In this document: positions 46,809-56,307 of the stretch, one piece after another | How positions within the stretch are numbered: position 1 is the first letter of the stretch | Layout of the letters: every line of letters starts with the position of its first letter | From: Candidatus Lustribacter sp. | Lineage (GTDB): Bacteria > Vulcanimicrobiota > Vulcanimicrobiia > Vulcanimicrobiales > Vulcanimicrobiaceae | Assembly (NCBI GenBank): GCA_965277805.1 | Contig: OZ255842.1 | Coordinates: 2,976,001 to 3,040,000 of the forward strand | DNA length: 64,000 nucleotides | Direction of reading: 5' to 3' | Notes under the pieces: generated by a model | Databases searched by the model: none | Seen by the model: only the letters and a program-made list of their open reading frames with translations | Told to the model about the DNA's origin: nothing | Program-made: the position numbers and the translations under genes

Positions 46809-46839
46809 TTCGCGAACGTAACATGCGCTACGTCCTCGG

Positions 46840-49245
46840 TCAAGGGCTCGAGCGCCGCCAGCGCGCACGAACCGTCGTTCCGCCGGCGGGAACGGCTTCG
46901 ATCGTCATCTCGTCGGCCAGCTGTTGCACGAGGTGCAAACCGCGCCCGCTCTCGGCCAATCCTTCGGGTGCGTGCAATGCCGGGTGCATGCCCGGGCCGT
47001 GATCGCTCACGCTGAGTTCGGTGCCGTCGCGGGTTGCGATCAGGCGCACCTCGAGCGGTCCGGACGCATGCCGGACGACGTTGGAGAACAGCTCGCCGAA
47101 AGCGAGTTCGCCCGCATGCCGGTACGCGTCGTTGCCCGTCCACGCGGCGACCAGCGCGCCGACTTCATGCCGCACCAGCACGGCGGTGCTCTCGTCGCTG
47201 GACGAAAACTTCCAGCCGCGCATTTCGTCATATGCGCGTTCCGGTAATGCGCGAATCGTCGCGGTGAGGATCGCGATGTCGTCGGTGGCCTGATCGTCGC
47301 CCAACACGCGCTGCATGATCGTGGCGGCGATCCCTTCGCTCACGCCGTTCAGCGAAACGATCGCGTTATCGAGACGCCGCTCGCCCTCGGCCAAATCGCG
47401 CCCGAACTCGATCAGGCCGTCGGTATAGAGCACGATCGTGCACGCAGGCGGCAACGCCAGCGAAAAATCCACGCCTTCGCCGTCGCGCAGACCGATCGGC
47501 AGCCCCGATCCCGACAAGCGCTGCAAGGTGTGGCCGTCGTAGACGACCGGTGAGGGATGACCGGCCGTCGCGTATTCGAACGCGCCGGTTCGCGGATCCA
47601 ACACACCGTACACGGCCGTGACGAACACGGACCGGCCGCTGACAACGAGCAGCCGGCTCGCGTGATCGAGAATCTGCGATGGAGCCGCGTCCTCGAACAT
47701 CGCAACGGCGCGCAAACTCTGACGAATCTCGCCCATGATCACCGCGGCCTCGAGACCGTGCCCGGTGACGTCGCCGATCGTCAGCGCGACGCGCCCGTTC
47801 GGCAGCATGAACGCGTCGTAGAAATCACCGCCGACGCGGCGCGATTCGCTCGCCGCCGAGTAGCTCGCCGAAAACGCGACGTTCTCGAGACGCGGCAGCA
47901 CGGCCGGCAGCACCGCGCGCTGAAACGAGTCGGCCGTCGTACGCTCGACCTGATAGCGGCGGGCGTGGTCGAGCGCGAGCGCCGCGCGGCGCCCGAAGTC
48001 ACTCGCGATGGCGATGTGCTCGACGTCGGGATGGGCCGGATCGGCGTAGACGAGCGTCAGGGTGCCGAGCGGCGCATCGCCGCTCACCAGCGGCACCACC
48101 ATCGCGCGGCCACCGAGCGCCGGCGCACCCAGCAGTTCCAGATCGCCTTCGATCACCGGCTCACCGCCGGCCAGCACTTCGGCCAGCCGCGCGGCGCCCG
48201 GCGCGCCGTCGAAACGGCCGTTTTCGCCGACGAGATCGACGCGCGACCAGCCGACGATCGTGCCGGCGAGCACGTCGCTGATCGTTGCGACCGTCGTCTG
48301 GAGATCGAGCGAAGCCGAAAGCCGGTTTCCGGCAGCGGCGAGAAACGCCGCCCGCTCGCGCGTGCGCCGCTCGAGCGAGCGATAACGCTGCTCGCCCTCG
48401 GCATTGCGGCTGGCGAGCCGCACGATCAAATCGTTGATCTTGACCAAAAAGACAGCCAAGATCACGGACGCGCCGACGAAGACGAACGAACGGCCGCTGT
48501 ACCACCCGAGCGAATATCGCGAGCCCGAAAACACGCTGTTGACCATCGTCTGGCAGAAGTACAACAATGCCACGACCAGCAGCCAAACCTGCGTCACCGT
48601 ACGCATGCCGCTCGTGGCCAGCATCAGCATGGCGATCAATGCGGTGATGACGTTGAGCGGCAGTAGCCAACGATTGAAGAACGCGCTCGTGTGCACGCCC
48701 GTTGCCAATTCCGGCAGCGGCGCCGCGACTGCGACGGCGACGAGGAGCGCGAGCAACACCGCCACGCCGCCCGCGAGCCGGCGGACTTGCGCGCGCCCGG
48801 TCGACCAGCCGAAGCGGTCCGCGAGCGCGAACGCGATCAAGAACGCGCCGAAAAGCTCGCGCTCGAACACCGAGAGCCACGGCGCGGTCTGCGGCGTCGC
48901 ATGCAGCAATCCGGTTGCCGAGAAGACGCCCGGAAACGTGAGCATGAAGCCGAGCGTGAGGACGGCCGTCGACGCGTACGCGAGCGAGAGAACCGCAAGC
49001 TGCAACTGCCGCGCGACGCGATACTGCACGTAGAAGAGCAGCGCCGTCAGAATCTGCGCGAACACAGCCGCGCTGAGCACCGCCGGAACGAATGCCGTCG
49101 TCGGTGCGTATTGGAGTCCGCTGAACGGAACGAGCGCGATGAACGCAACGAGTATGCCGCCGGCGACCCACGTGGCTACGATGCGGTCTTTCCGGGAAGC
49201 CGGAGCCGTCGCGATGTTTTCCATCGCGCGGACGTCAAACGCCAT
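46840..49245 (-). CDS. Membrane sensor: MASE4-like TM + GAF + SpoIIE/PP2C phosphatase + RsbW-like HATPase
   Basis: About 8 TM segments with RYSLGWY; VGGDFYD, IGDVTGHG and YTDGL; DDIA; ELFSNVVRH and ESGRGL. Confidence 0.85.
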   Translation of the reverse strand: MAFDVRAMENIATAPASRKDRIVATWVAGGILVAFIALVPFSGLQYAPTTAFVPAVLSAAVFAQILTALLFYVQYRVARQLQLAVLSLAYASTAVLTLGFMLTFPGVFSATGLLHATPQTAPWLSVFERELFGAFLIAFALADRFGWSTGRAQVRRLAGGVAVLLALLVAVAVAAPLPELATGVHTSAFFNRWLLPLNVITALIAMLMLATSGMRTVTQVWLLVVALLYFCQTMVNSVFSGSRYSLGWYSGRSFVFVGASVILAVFLVKINDLIVRLASRNAEGEQRYRSLERRTRERAAFLAAAGNRLSASLDLQTTVATISDVLAGTIVGWSRVDLVGENGRFDGAPGAARLAEVLAGGEPVIEGDLELLGAPALGGRAMVVPLVSGDAPLGTLTLVYADPAHPDVEHIAIASDFGRRAALALDHARRYQVERTTADSFQRAVLPAVLPRLENVAFSASYSAASESRRVGGDFYDAFMLPNGRVALTIGDVTGHGLEAAVIMGEIRQSLRAVAMFEDAAPSQILDHASRLLVVSGRSVFVTAVYGVLDPRTGAFEYATAGHPSPVVYDGHTLQRLSGSGLPIGLRDGEGVDFSLALPPACTIVLYTDGLIEFGRDLAEGERRLDNAIVSLNGVSEGIAATIMQRVLGDDQATDDIAILTATIRALPERAYDEMRGWKFSSSDESTAVLVRHEVGALVAAWTGNDAYRHAGELAFGELFSNVVRHASGPLEVRLIATRDGTELSVSDHGPGMHPALHAPEGLAESGRGLHLVQQLADEMTIEAVPAGGTTVRARWRRSSP

Positions 49246-49315
49246 CGCGCTATCTTCGCGTTACGGCAGGCTTACCATCGCACGCCTCGCGGCGTGCTCC
49301 AGAGGTACGAGCGGC

Positions 49316-49519
49316 CTAGCCTGCGAGCGAGAACGTCGCGGCGTGCTTAGCGCACGGCTTGCAGACGTAATCGGTGCCCGTGCCCTCGGCGCGGCAACCG
49401 CAGTTCCAGCTCAACTTATAGGTCATGATCGTCGCGCCGGCGACCGAGTCCATCTCCATCGATGACGGCTCACCTAAACGTGAGTTCAACAGGGAGGACG
49501 TCGTGCGGACCGTTGTCAT
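49316..49519 (-). CDS. Small Cys/His-rich hypothetical protein, 67 aa
   Basis: AAGGAAG RBS before ATG 49519; WNCGC...CKPCAKH. Confidence 0.6.
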   Translation of the reverse strand: MTTVRTTSSLLNSRLGEPSSMEMDSVAGATIMTYKLSWNCGCRAEGTGTDYVCKPCAKHAATFSLAG

Positions 49520-49652
49520 GTCTTCCTTAGGTTGGCACGAAACGCAGCCGGTTTCAAGCCCTTTACTGAGGCTTGATTGACGAGCGCCCGGCCGCTTGGA
49601 CAATCAGCCGGAGAGCCGGCCCCGGACTCGACAAAAGGCGGAGGTTTTTTCG

Positions 49653-50714
49653 TCAGTCGGGGATGCCGAGTTCACGCCGGACGATCTTCGTGCCCTCGAC
49701 CAGCGCGCAAAGCTTTTTGAACGCAGTTGCGCGCGGGAGATACTTCATGCCGCAATCCGGAGCCAGCATCAGCCGGTCGGGTGTGATGTGCGTCAATGCC
49801 GCGCGGATCTGCGCGGCCACCGCGGCGGGCGTCTCGACTGCGGCGTTGTCGTCGAGATCGATGACCCCGAGCACGACGCGCTTGTGCGGCAGCGACGCCA
49901 GCATCGCGAGATCGACCTTCTGCTGCATCGATTCGATCACGATCTGCTGCGCCGCGGAGGCATCGAGTTCGGCCAGAAACGGATAGCCTTCGGGACGCGC
50001 GTGAACGACGTGCGCGTAACCGAAACAGGTGTGCAGCGCGGTGATGCCGTCGATGCCTTCGAGCGCGCGGGCGATCGCCGGCAACGCGTATGCGTGCGCT
50101 TCCGCGGAACGCGCTTGCAGATACGGCTCATCGATCTGAACGATATCTGCACCGGCGCGTTTGAGATCGCGCAACTCGTCGTTCACCGCTTCGGCGAATC
50201 CGAGCGCGGCCGCGGCCAGGTCGGGATAATAATCGTTCTGCGCTTGCTGCGCCATCGTGAACGGCCCGGGGATCGTGAACCGGATCGGCAGATCGGTATT
50301 GGCGCGCAAGAACTCCACGTCGCGCACCATCACGGGCTCGCGCCGCCGGATCGGTCCGACGATGCGCGGCACGGGGTTGGCGTGACCGGTGCGGTCGAGA
50401 GCGGTCCCGGGGTTGTCGATGTCGATCCCGTCGAGGGCCGTGGCAAAGCGGTTGGAGTAGCTCTCCCGCCGGATTTCGCCGTCGGTGATCAGGTCGATGC
50501 CCGCGCGCTCGAGGTCGCGGATGGCGAGCAGCGTGGCGTCATCCTGCGCCTGCTCGCGCCAGGCATCGGCCACCCGCCAGATCTCGTTGGCCCGCACGCG
50601 CGGTGGAAGCCGGGCCCCGAGTTGCGAGCGGTCGACCAGCCAATCGGGCTGAGGGTAGCTCCCAACGACGGTCGTGCGGAGCGGGGCAGTGAACGGAGAC
50701 CGGGTCGCAGCCAT
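49653..50714 (-). CDS. Single-domain cobalamin-independent methionine synthase-like protein (MetE C-terminal family)
   Basis: VVGSYPQP, TDGEIRRE, IQIDEP-like VQIDEP, LHTC and PDCG zinc ligands. Confidence 0.85.
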   Translation of the reverse strand: MAATRSPFTAPLRTTVVGSYPQPDWLVDRSQLGARLPPRVRANEIWRVADAWREQAQDDATLLAIRDLERAGIDLITDGEIRRESYSNRFATALDGIDIDNPGTALDRTGHANPVPRIVGPIRRREPVMVRDVEFLRANTDLPIRFTIPGPFTMAQQAQNDYYPDLAAAALGFAEAVNDELRDLKRAGADIVQIDEPYLQARSAEAHAYALPAIARALEGIDGITALHTCFGYAHVVHARPEGYPFLAELDASAAQQIVIESMQQKVDLAMLASLPHKRVVLGVIDLDDNAAVETPAAVAAQIRAALTHITPDRLMLAPDCGMKYLPRATAFKKLCALVEGTKIVRRELGIPD

Positions 50715-50775
50715 TCCGGGCGGTTACGGCGGGGCCCGATAAAGGTCCGTCTACCGATTGCCGACTCTTAAGAAC

Positions 50776-52383
50776 ATGGCTCCCCTCGCGGTCCTCGCCT
50801 GCGAACCGGCGGCGGCTGCGGCGACCCTGCGCGAAGCGGTCGCGCTGCGGCGCGCCGGAACGCACTTCGCCCTCGCGCTCACCCTGGAAGACGCGCGCGC
50901 GCAACGCATCCGCGACTACGTACGCGAGCTCTGCGCGACGTATGCAAGCTGGGATGAGGTCCGGCTGATGTTCGACGGCTTCGGATCGACGGTCGCCGAC
51001 TTGCGCACGGCGGTCTCCGCGAACGAACGCTCGCAGCTGCTCGAGGCGCTGCGCCTCGCCGACGTCGTGACCGTCGGTTCCTGGAATGAATACGCTCGGC
51101 TGACCGACGCGCTCGGGGCCGTGCCGTGCGAGGTCGAGATCGCGATCGCCGCCGATACAGCGATTCCGGCGACCGTTGCCGACGAACGGTCCACGGTCGT
51201 GGTGTACGCGCCGGCCGATCGTGCCGACGAGCTCGGACATTTCGTGACCGCACTCGGCGACTACGAGGTGCCGGTGACGATTATCGCGCGCGATGCGCCC
51301 ACGATCCCCGGACGCGTAGCGTTCGTCACACCCGCCGGCGCCGCCGATGCGCTCGGACGCGCGCGCGTCATCGTCGATGCGAGCCGCAACGGGCCCGCCG
51401 CCGCGCACGCGCTCGCCGCACTCGGACGCCCGCTCGCCGTGTCGTCGTGCAGTGGAGCACGCGAAGTCTTGCAGGGCGTGCAGATCTACGATCCGTGGAA
51501 CCGGCGCAGCATCCTCGCAGCGGTGGCCAACGCGTTGGGCGCCCCGGCGCCAGCGGTGCGCGCGCTGCACTGGACGAGCGGCCCGCAGGAACGTGCGCAA
51601 TCGTCGTTCGGCGCCGGCGCGCCGCTGATCTCGGTCGTCGTCGCAACGCACAACCGGCCCGTCCTCTTGGGCGAAACGCTGGCGGCGATCGAACGTCAGA
51701 CGTATCCGCACCTCGAGATCATCGTCGTCAACGATGCGGGCACCGACGTCCGCGACGTGGTTGACCGGTTTCCGCGCGCGCGCCTGCTCGAGCAACCGCA
51801 GAACCGCGGTCCGGCCGCCGCACGCAATCGCGGGCTGGCCGATGCGCGCGGAACGTTCGTCACCCTCTTCGATGACGACGACGAGATGTTTCCGGATCAC
51901 CTTGCAGCGCTCGCCGGCGCGCTGATCGCGAGCGAACTCGACGTCGCGTACGGACAGATGATCAACGCCTTCGTGCGTCGCGCGGAAGACGGGCGCTGGG
52001 AGATCGAATCGTTCGCCGCGCACGAAGCGCTGCTCGACCACGCCGACATTCAGTGGGCCGGCGCGCTCGCCACGACCGCCGTGATGTTTCGCCGTTCGCT
52101 GCTCGACTCGATCGGCACCGTCGATGAATCGCTGACCGCGGCTGAGGACTACGAGTTCTGGTACCGGTTGGCCGAGGGCCGCGAGTGGGCGCGCGTACCG
52201 GACGTCACCTCGATCTACTACGTGCGGCTTGACGGCTCGAACCGCTCCAACACCGGCGCGCGCCGTTACTTCGTTGCTCACCAGGCAATCTATGGGAAGC
52301 ATCCTTCAGCGCGGCCGCTCGTTGCGGCGGGCCGTCAAGCGATGCTCGAACTCTTCGCGCAAACAGCCGCGCCCGCAAACTAA
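50776..52383 (+). CDS. Glycosyltransferase family 2 with an N-terminal extra domain
   Basis: ISVVVATHNR, EIIVVND, NRGPAAARNRG, FDDDD and EDYEFW motifs. Confidence 0.85.
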   Translation: MAPLAVLACEPAAAAATLREAVALRRAGTHFALALTLEDARAQRIRDYVRELCATYASWDEVRLMFDGFGSTVADLRTAVSANERSQLLEALRLADVVTVGSWNEYARLTDALGAVPCEVEIAIAADTAIPATVADERSTVVVYAPADRADELGHFVTALGDYEVPVTIIARDAPTIPGRVAFVTPAGAADALGRARVIVDASRNGPAAAHALAALGRPLAVSSCSGAREVLQGVQIYDPWNRRSILAAVANALGAPAPAVRALHWTSGPQERAQSSFGAGAPLISVVVATHNRPVLLGETLAAIERQTYPHLEIIVVNDAGTDVRDVVDRFPRARLLEQPQNRGPAAARNRGLADARGTFVTLFDDDDEMFPDHLAALAGALIASELDVAYGQMINAFVRRAEDGRWEIESFAAHEALLDHADIQWAGALATTAVMFRRSLLDSIGTVDESLTAAEDYEFWYRLAEGREWARVPDVTSIYYVRLDGSNRSNTGARRYFVAHQAIYGKHPSARPLVAAGRQAMLELFAQTAAPAN

Positions 52384-52438
52384 TTCTTCGCGCCCGCTAG
52401 GCGTACGGTGGGGCTTTGCTGGGTAGAGCCTTAAGGTA

Positions 52439-52858
52439 ATGTTGACGTACCGGGCCAGCCTGCCACGAGGACACAATTCCGTTCGGCAAGCCCGGCGCGC
52501 GCTTCGCACGTTTGCCGAGAAGTGCGGCTTTCGCGACACGCCGCTCGCCGACGTTGAAAATGCGGCCGGCGAAGCGCTTGCGAATGCCGCCGAACACGGC
52601 GAGGTCGCCGGCAACCCCGGTTTCGACATCTCCGCGACGTTCGACGGCGACCGCTTGGTGATCGAGATCGACGATCACGGATGCGGTTTCGACGCCGCTG
52701 CGGCGCTCGCGCGGCCCGCGCCGGACGCCGGCGGTTATCGCGGCTTCGGCATCTATCTCATGCGCACGCTGATGGATGAGGTCGCATACGACGGGTGCGG
52801 CGCGCGGATCCGGCTGATCAAGCGGCTCGACGGTCGCCCGCTTACTTCTTCTCGCTGA
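52439..52858 (+). CDS. RsbW-like anti-sigma/ATP-binding protein
   Basis: EALANAAEHG, DDHGCGF and RGFGIYLMRTLMDEV motifs. Confidence 0.85.
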   Translation: MLTYRASLPRGHNSVRQARRALRTFAEKCGFRDTPLADVENAAGEALANAAEHGEVAGNPGFDISATFDGDRLVIEIDDHGCGFDAAAALARPAPDAGGYRGFGIYLMRTLMDEVAYDGCGARIRLIKRLDGRPLTSSR

Positions 52859-53816
52859 ACGGTTCGTGACCCCACGTGTTCTCGTAATCGCGTTGCTGTG
52901 AGGCCGGCACGAACCGTTCGAGCTCGCGAATGCGCGCGTTGCCGGTGATCGTGCGATGGTTGACGCGGCCCCACTTGCCGGCATTGGCGCGCGCGGCATG
53001 GTCGGCGAGCGCCGGCGTTCCGCGATCGTAGAAATCGTTGAGAAGTTCCCACGCGCCTTGCGCGCCCGAGGTTGCCGCCAGCGTCGGATAAAGCGCGATG
53101 CGCAAGCCGAGTTCGCCGTACTCTTCGATCGTCGGCGCGGCCTCGACCGTGCCGCCCCAAATCGCCAGCACCGGACCCGGAACCTCACGGCACACGGTGC
53201 GCAATTCTTCGCGCGACTGCACGGAGTTCAACCACACGAGATCGGCGCCGCCGTCGCGCACGTAGGCGATGCAGCGTTCGAGCGTTGACTCGAACGTGCC
53301 GCCTTCGGCTCCGAGTTCGTCGCAGCGCGCGCAGATCACGAACGACGGGTCGATTTCGTCGCGCGCTTCGACCGCGGCCTTGATCTTGCCGACCGCTTCA
53401 TCGATCGGAATGCAACGCCGGCCGGCTAGAGTGCCGGATTTTTTCGGCGCTTCCTGATCTTCGATCTGCAGCCCGGCGACGCCCGACCGGATCACTTCGC
53501 CGACCGTGTAGTGCACGTTGACCGCGTTGCCGAATCCGGTGTCGGCGTCGACCAGGATCGGAATCGATGTGCGCGCGGCGACGTGCCGCACGTGGTCGAC
53601 GAGATCGCGCAACCCCATGATGCCGTTGTCGGGCACGCCGAGCAGAAACGCCGACATCTGCGAGCCCGCGACGAAGAAGCACTCGAAGCCGATCTCCTGG
53701 CACATGCGCGCGTAGAACGGGCTGAAGCCGCCGGGCATCACGGTGACGCCGGGCCGAGCGAGAATTTCGCGGAACTTCAGCCGCGCGGTACGGGGATCGT
53801 TGTCGTTCGCTGCCAT
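52842..53816 (-). CDS. Isocitrate lyase/PEP mutase family enzyme
   Basis: GVPDNG, DADTGFG, IEDQ..PKKSG and ARCD motifs; ATG 53816. Confidence 0.88.
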   Translation of the reverse strand: MAANDNDPRTARLKFREILARPGVTVMPGGFSPFYARMCQEIGFECFFVAGSQMSAFLLGVPDNGIMGLRDLVDHVRHVAARTSIPILVDADTGFGNAVNVHYTVGEVIRSGVAGLQIEDQEAPKKSGTLAGRRCIPIDEAVGKIKAAVEARDEIDPSFVICARCDELGAEGGTFESTLERCIAYVRDGGADLVWLNSVQSREELRTVCREVPGPVLAIWGGTVEAAPTIEEYGELGLRIALYPTLAATSGAQGAWELLNDFYDRGTPALADHAARANAGKWGRVNHRTITGNARIRELERFVPASQQRDYENTWGHEPFSEKK

Positions 53817-53875
53817 GAGGGCGCATTCTCGCGCCGGTTCGCGGAATGCCTTCGCCCGCGACGAAGGTCGCGCGG

Positions 53876-55273
53876 ATGGATGAAGCAGCGTTTGACGTCG
53901 TCGTCGTGGGGCACGGCGCGGCCGGCCTCGCGGCCGCACTAGCGGCGGCGGAAGCCGGCCGCGGCGCGGCTCGCGTGCTCGTCATCGAGCGCGCACCGCA
54001 GGCAATGCGCGGCGGCAACACGCGCTGGAGCCCGTCGTACATGCGGCTCGAAGCGCCCGACCGGCTGGCGCCGCGCTTCATTGAAGACATGATGGAGACG
54101 TCGGGCGGCCGTTCGGATCCGGCGTATATCCGCCGGCTAGCCGGCGACGCGGCCCCGGTGCTGGCGTGGCTGCAGCAGCACGGCATCACGTTCGACCGGC
54201 CGCCCAATTATTTCTTGACCGCGGCCGCACCGCGCATTCAGCCGGTGGGTGCCGGGGCGGCAATCGTCGACGCACTCGCGCGCGCGGCCGAAGCGGCCGG
54301 CGTCGCCTTCCTCTACGAAACCGAAGCGCGCGCGATCGAACTCACCGCCGCCGGAGCGGTGGCGGCCGTTCATGTGAGCCTCGCCGGCGGCGCGAGCCGC
54401 CGCCTCGCCACGCGCGCGCTCGTGCTCGCCTGTGGCGGCTTCGAGTGCGACCCGCTCGCAATGCGCGAGCATCTCGGCGACGGCGCCGAGAGCATTCGCC
54501 CGATCACCGCGGGCACGGCCTACAATACCGGCGGCGGAATCCGGCTGGCGCTGGCGGCCGGCGCGCGCACCGCGGGCGATTGGAACGGCATGCACGTCGA
54601 GCCCGTCGATCCGCGCAGCGACCGGCCGGAAGCCGTCGTGCTGACGTATCCGTACGGCATCGTCGTCGATCGAACCGGCCGGCGGTTCTTCGACGAAGGC
54701 GGCGGCCGCGTCGACGAAACGTGGGAAACGCTCGCGCGGACGATCCACTTCGGAACGCCGGGCCGCATCGCGTATGCGATCTTCGACGCCTCGCTCGAGG
54801 ACATTCCCGGTTACGGCCGCGCCGTGTGCACCGATCGCGAACCGCTGCGCGGCGCGACGCTCGCCGAACTCGCCGCCGCGCTCGAGATCGATGCCGGTGC
54901 CCTCGCGCAGACGGTCGCCGCCTACAACGCCGCCGCCCCGGCCGGCGCCGCCGCGTTCGAAGCGACCCGCACCGACGGTCTCGCCACCGCCGGGCTCACG
55001 CCGCCCAAGTCCAACTGGGCGCGCCGCATCGAACGACCGCCGTTCACCGCGTACCCGCTGGTCTGCGCGATCTGTTACACGTTCGGCGGAATCGCGACCG
55101 ATGACGAAGCCCGCGTGCTCGGCGCGAACGGCGTGATTCCCGGTTTGTTCGCCGCGGGCGAGATCACCGGGCAGTTTTACGGCAAGGCGCCGGGCGGCAC
55201 GTCCGTGCTGCGCGCGCTGGTGTTCGGGCGCATTGCGGGCAAGCGCGCGTTTGATCGTCGGCCAAACGGGTAA
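53876..55273 (+). CDS. FAD-dependent oxidoreductase, TcuA/flavocytochrome c flavin-subunit-like
   Basis: VVGHGAAG, RGGNTRWS, LACGGF, YPYGIVV, PPKSNWA, TFGG and GLFAAGE motifs. Confidence 0.8.
   Translation: MDEAAFDVVVVGHGAAGLAAALAAAEAGRGAARVLVIERAPQAMRGGNTRWSPSYMRLEAPDRLAPRFIEDMMETSGGRSDPAYIRRLAGDAAPVLAWLQQHGITFDRPPNYFLTAAAPRIQPVGAGAAIVDALARAAEAAGVAFLYETEARAIELTAAGAVAAVHVSLAGGASRRLATRALVLACGGFECDPLAMREHLGDGAESIRPITAGTAYNTGGGIRLALAAGARTAGDWNGMHVEPVDPRSDRPEAVVLTYPYGIVVDRTGRRFFDEGGGRVDETWETLARTIHFGTPGRIAYAIFDASLEDIPGYGRAVCTDREPLRGATLAELAAALEIDAGALAQTVAAYNAAAPAGAAAFEATRTDGLATAGLTPPKSNWARRIERPPFTAYPLVCAICYTFGGIATDDEARVLGANGVIPGLFAAGEITGQFYGKAPGGTSVLRALVFGRIAGKRAFDRRPNG
55249..55273 (+). promoter_or_regulatory. 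SigB/SigF-like promoter GTTTGA-N13-GGGTAA
   Basis: Near-consensus match upstream of the histone-like gene. Confidence 0.55.
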
Positions 55274-55313
55274 CGCTGCAAGTAATCAACCGCTGCCCAT
55301 CCGGAGGTTTTTC

Positions 55314-55646
55314 ATGGCGGCTAAAAAGTCTGCAGCAAAGAAGAAAACAGCCAAACCCGTCGCGCGCGCAAAGAAGGCCGCGAAACGCGTCGCTTCGACC
55401 GCGAAAAAGGCGACGAGCTCGGTCAAGAAGGTCGCAAAGAAGGCATCGACGGCCGCGCACACCGCTACGCGTCGCGCGACCAACATCGGCAGCACGCTGG
55501 AAAAGGTCGGCCGTTTCATCGAAGGCGGCGCGGCCGCCGTTGAGAGCACGATCAACGCCGTCGAAAAGCGCGTTAACGTACGCAAGAAGACGGCGAAGAA
55601 GTCGACCGCCAAAAAGACGGCCAAAAAGACCGCGCGCAAGAAATAG
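55314..55646 (+). CDS. Histone H1-like Lys/Ala-rich protein
   Basis: GGAGG RBS; repeated AKK/TAKK at both termini. Confidence 0.75.
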   Translation: MAAKKSAAKKKTAKPVARAKKAAKRVASTAKKATSSVKKVAKKASTAAHTATRRATNIGSTLEKVGRFIEGGAAAVESTINAVEKRVNVRKKTAKKSTAKKTAKKTARKK

Positions 55647-55651
55647 CCGCC

Positions 55652-55678
55652 CGCCGCGCGCCGGGCCGGCGCGCGGCG
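55652..55678. terminator. GC-rich hairpin between convergent genes
   Basis: Perfect inverted repeat CGCCGCGCGCCGG-G-CCGGCGCGCGGCG; only a weak U tract. Confidence 0.55.
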
Positions 55679-55680
55679 AT

Positions 55681-56307
55681 TTACGGCGATCCGCTCTCGC
55701 TCGCCGCGGCGATGCGGCTTTCGTGACGGGCGAACTCGAACGCTAACAGCATGAATCCCGCGAACATGATCGCACTGCCGCCGATCCACATCAGCTCGCC
55801 ACCGGCCTGCTGATCGGCGAGCGCCCCGGCGCCGCAGATCCGAACGTAGTGCGCGTAGAGCGGCAGGCGATCGGAATAGAGCACGAAGCCGAGGAAGCCG
55901 GTCAGCGGCATCGCGAGGAACACGTAGCCGAGCCGCGCCGCGTGCGAGAGCCGTTGCGGATCGAACACCGGCGCCCACATCAGGAATCCGGCGATCAGAA
56001 ACAGCGCCTGCACCACGACGTTGGCCGGCGCGCTTTCCAGCGAAGCTTCGAACAGCGGGCCGAAGTGGATGCCCCAGATGATCGCGAGCGACGCGAAGAG
56101 CGCGAACGGCGCGGGGATGACGCGGAACGGCCGCGTTAGGAGCGGGATGCCGAACAGCACTAGCGGCGGCACGATATCGGTGTGCACGAGATGCTGCACC
56201 ATGTGACCCACGAGCGAACGGTGCGCCCACGCATCCATCGGCGGCAGCACGGCGGCGATCGCGATCGCGCAGCCGGCCGAGAATGCGTACGGGCGTTGAA
56301 TCCTCAC
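55681..56307 (-). CDS. ctaG: Cytochrome c oxidase assembly factor (caa3-type CtaG)
   Basis: HMVQHL, WGIH and DQQAGGELMW motifs. Confidence 0.82.
   Translation of the reverse strand: MRIQRPYAFSAGCAIAIAAVLPPMDAWAHRSLVGHMVQHLVHTDIVPPLVLFGIPLLTRPFRVIPAPFALFASLAIIWGIHFGPLFEASLESAPANVVVQALFLIAGFLMWAPVFDPQRLSHAARLGYVFLAMPLTGFLGFVLYSDRLPLYAHYVRICGAGALADQQAGGELMWIGGSAIMFAGFMLLAFEFARHESRIAAASESGSP

Noticed and set aside
49520-49652. Known riboswitch downstream of the MetE-like gene
   Set aside because: Only short stems; no SAM, cobalamin or c-di-GMP consensus recognised, and it is on the wrong side of the MetE-like gene.
52401-52426. SigB-type promoter for the second RsbW-like gene
   Set aside because: GGGTAG is present, but the -35 match is poor and the spacing to ATG (12 nt) differs; too weak to call.
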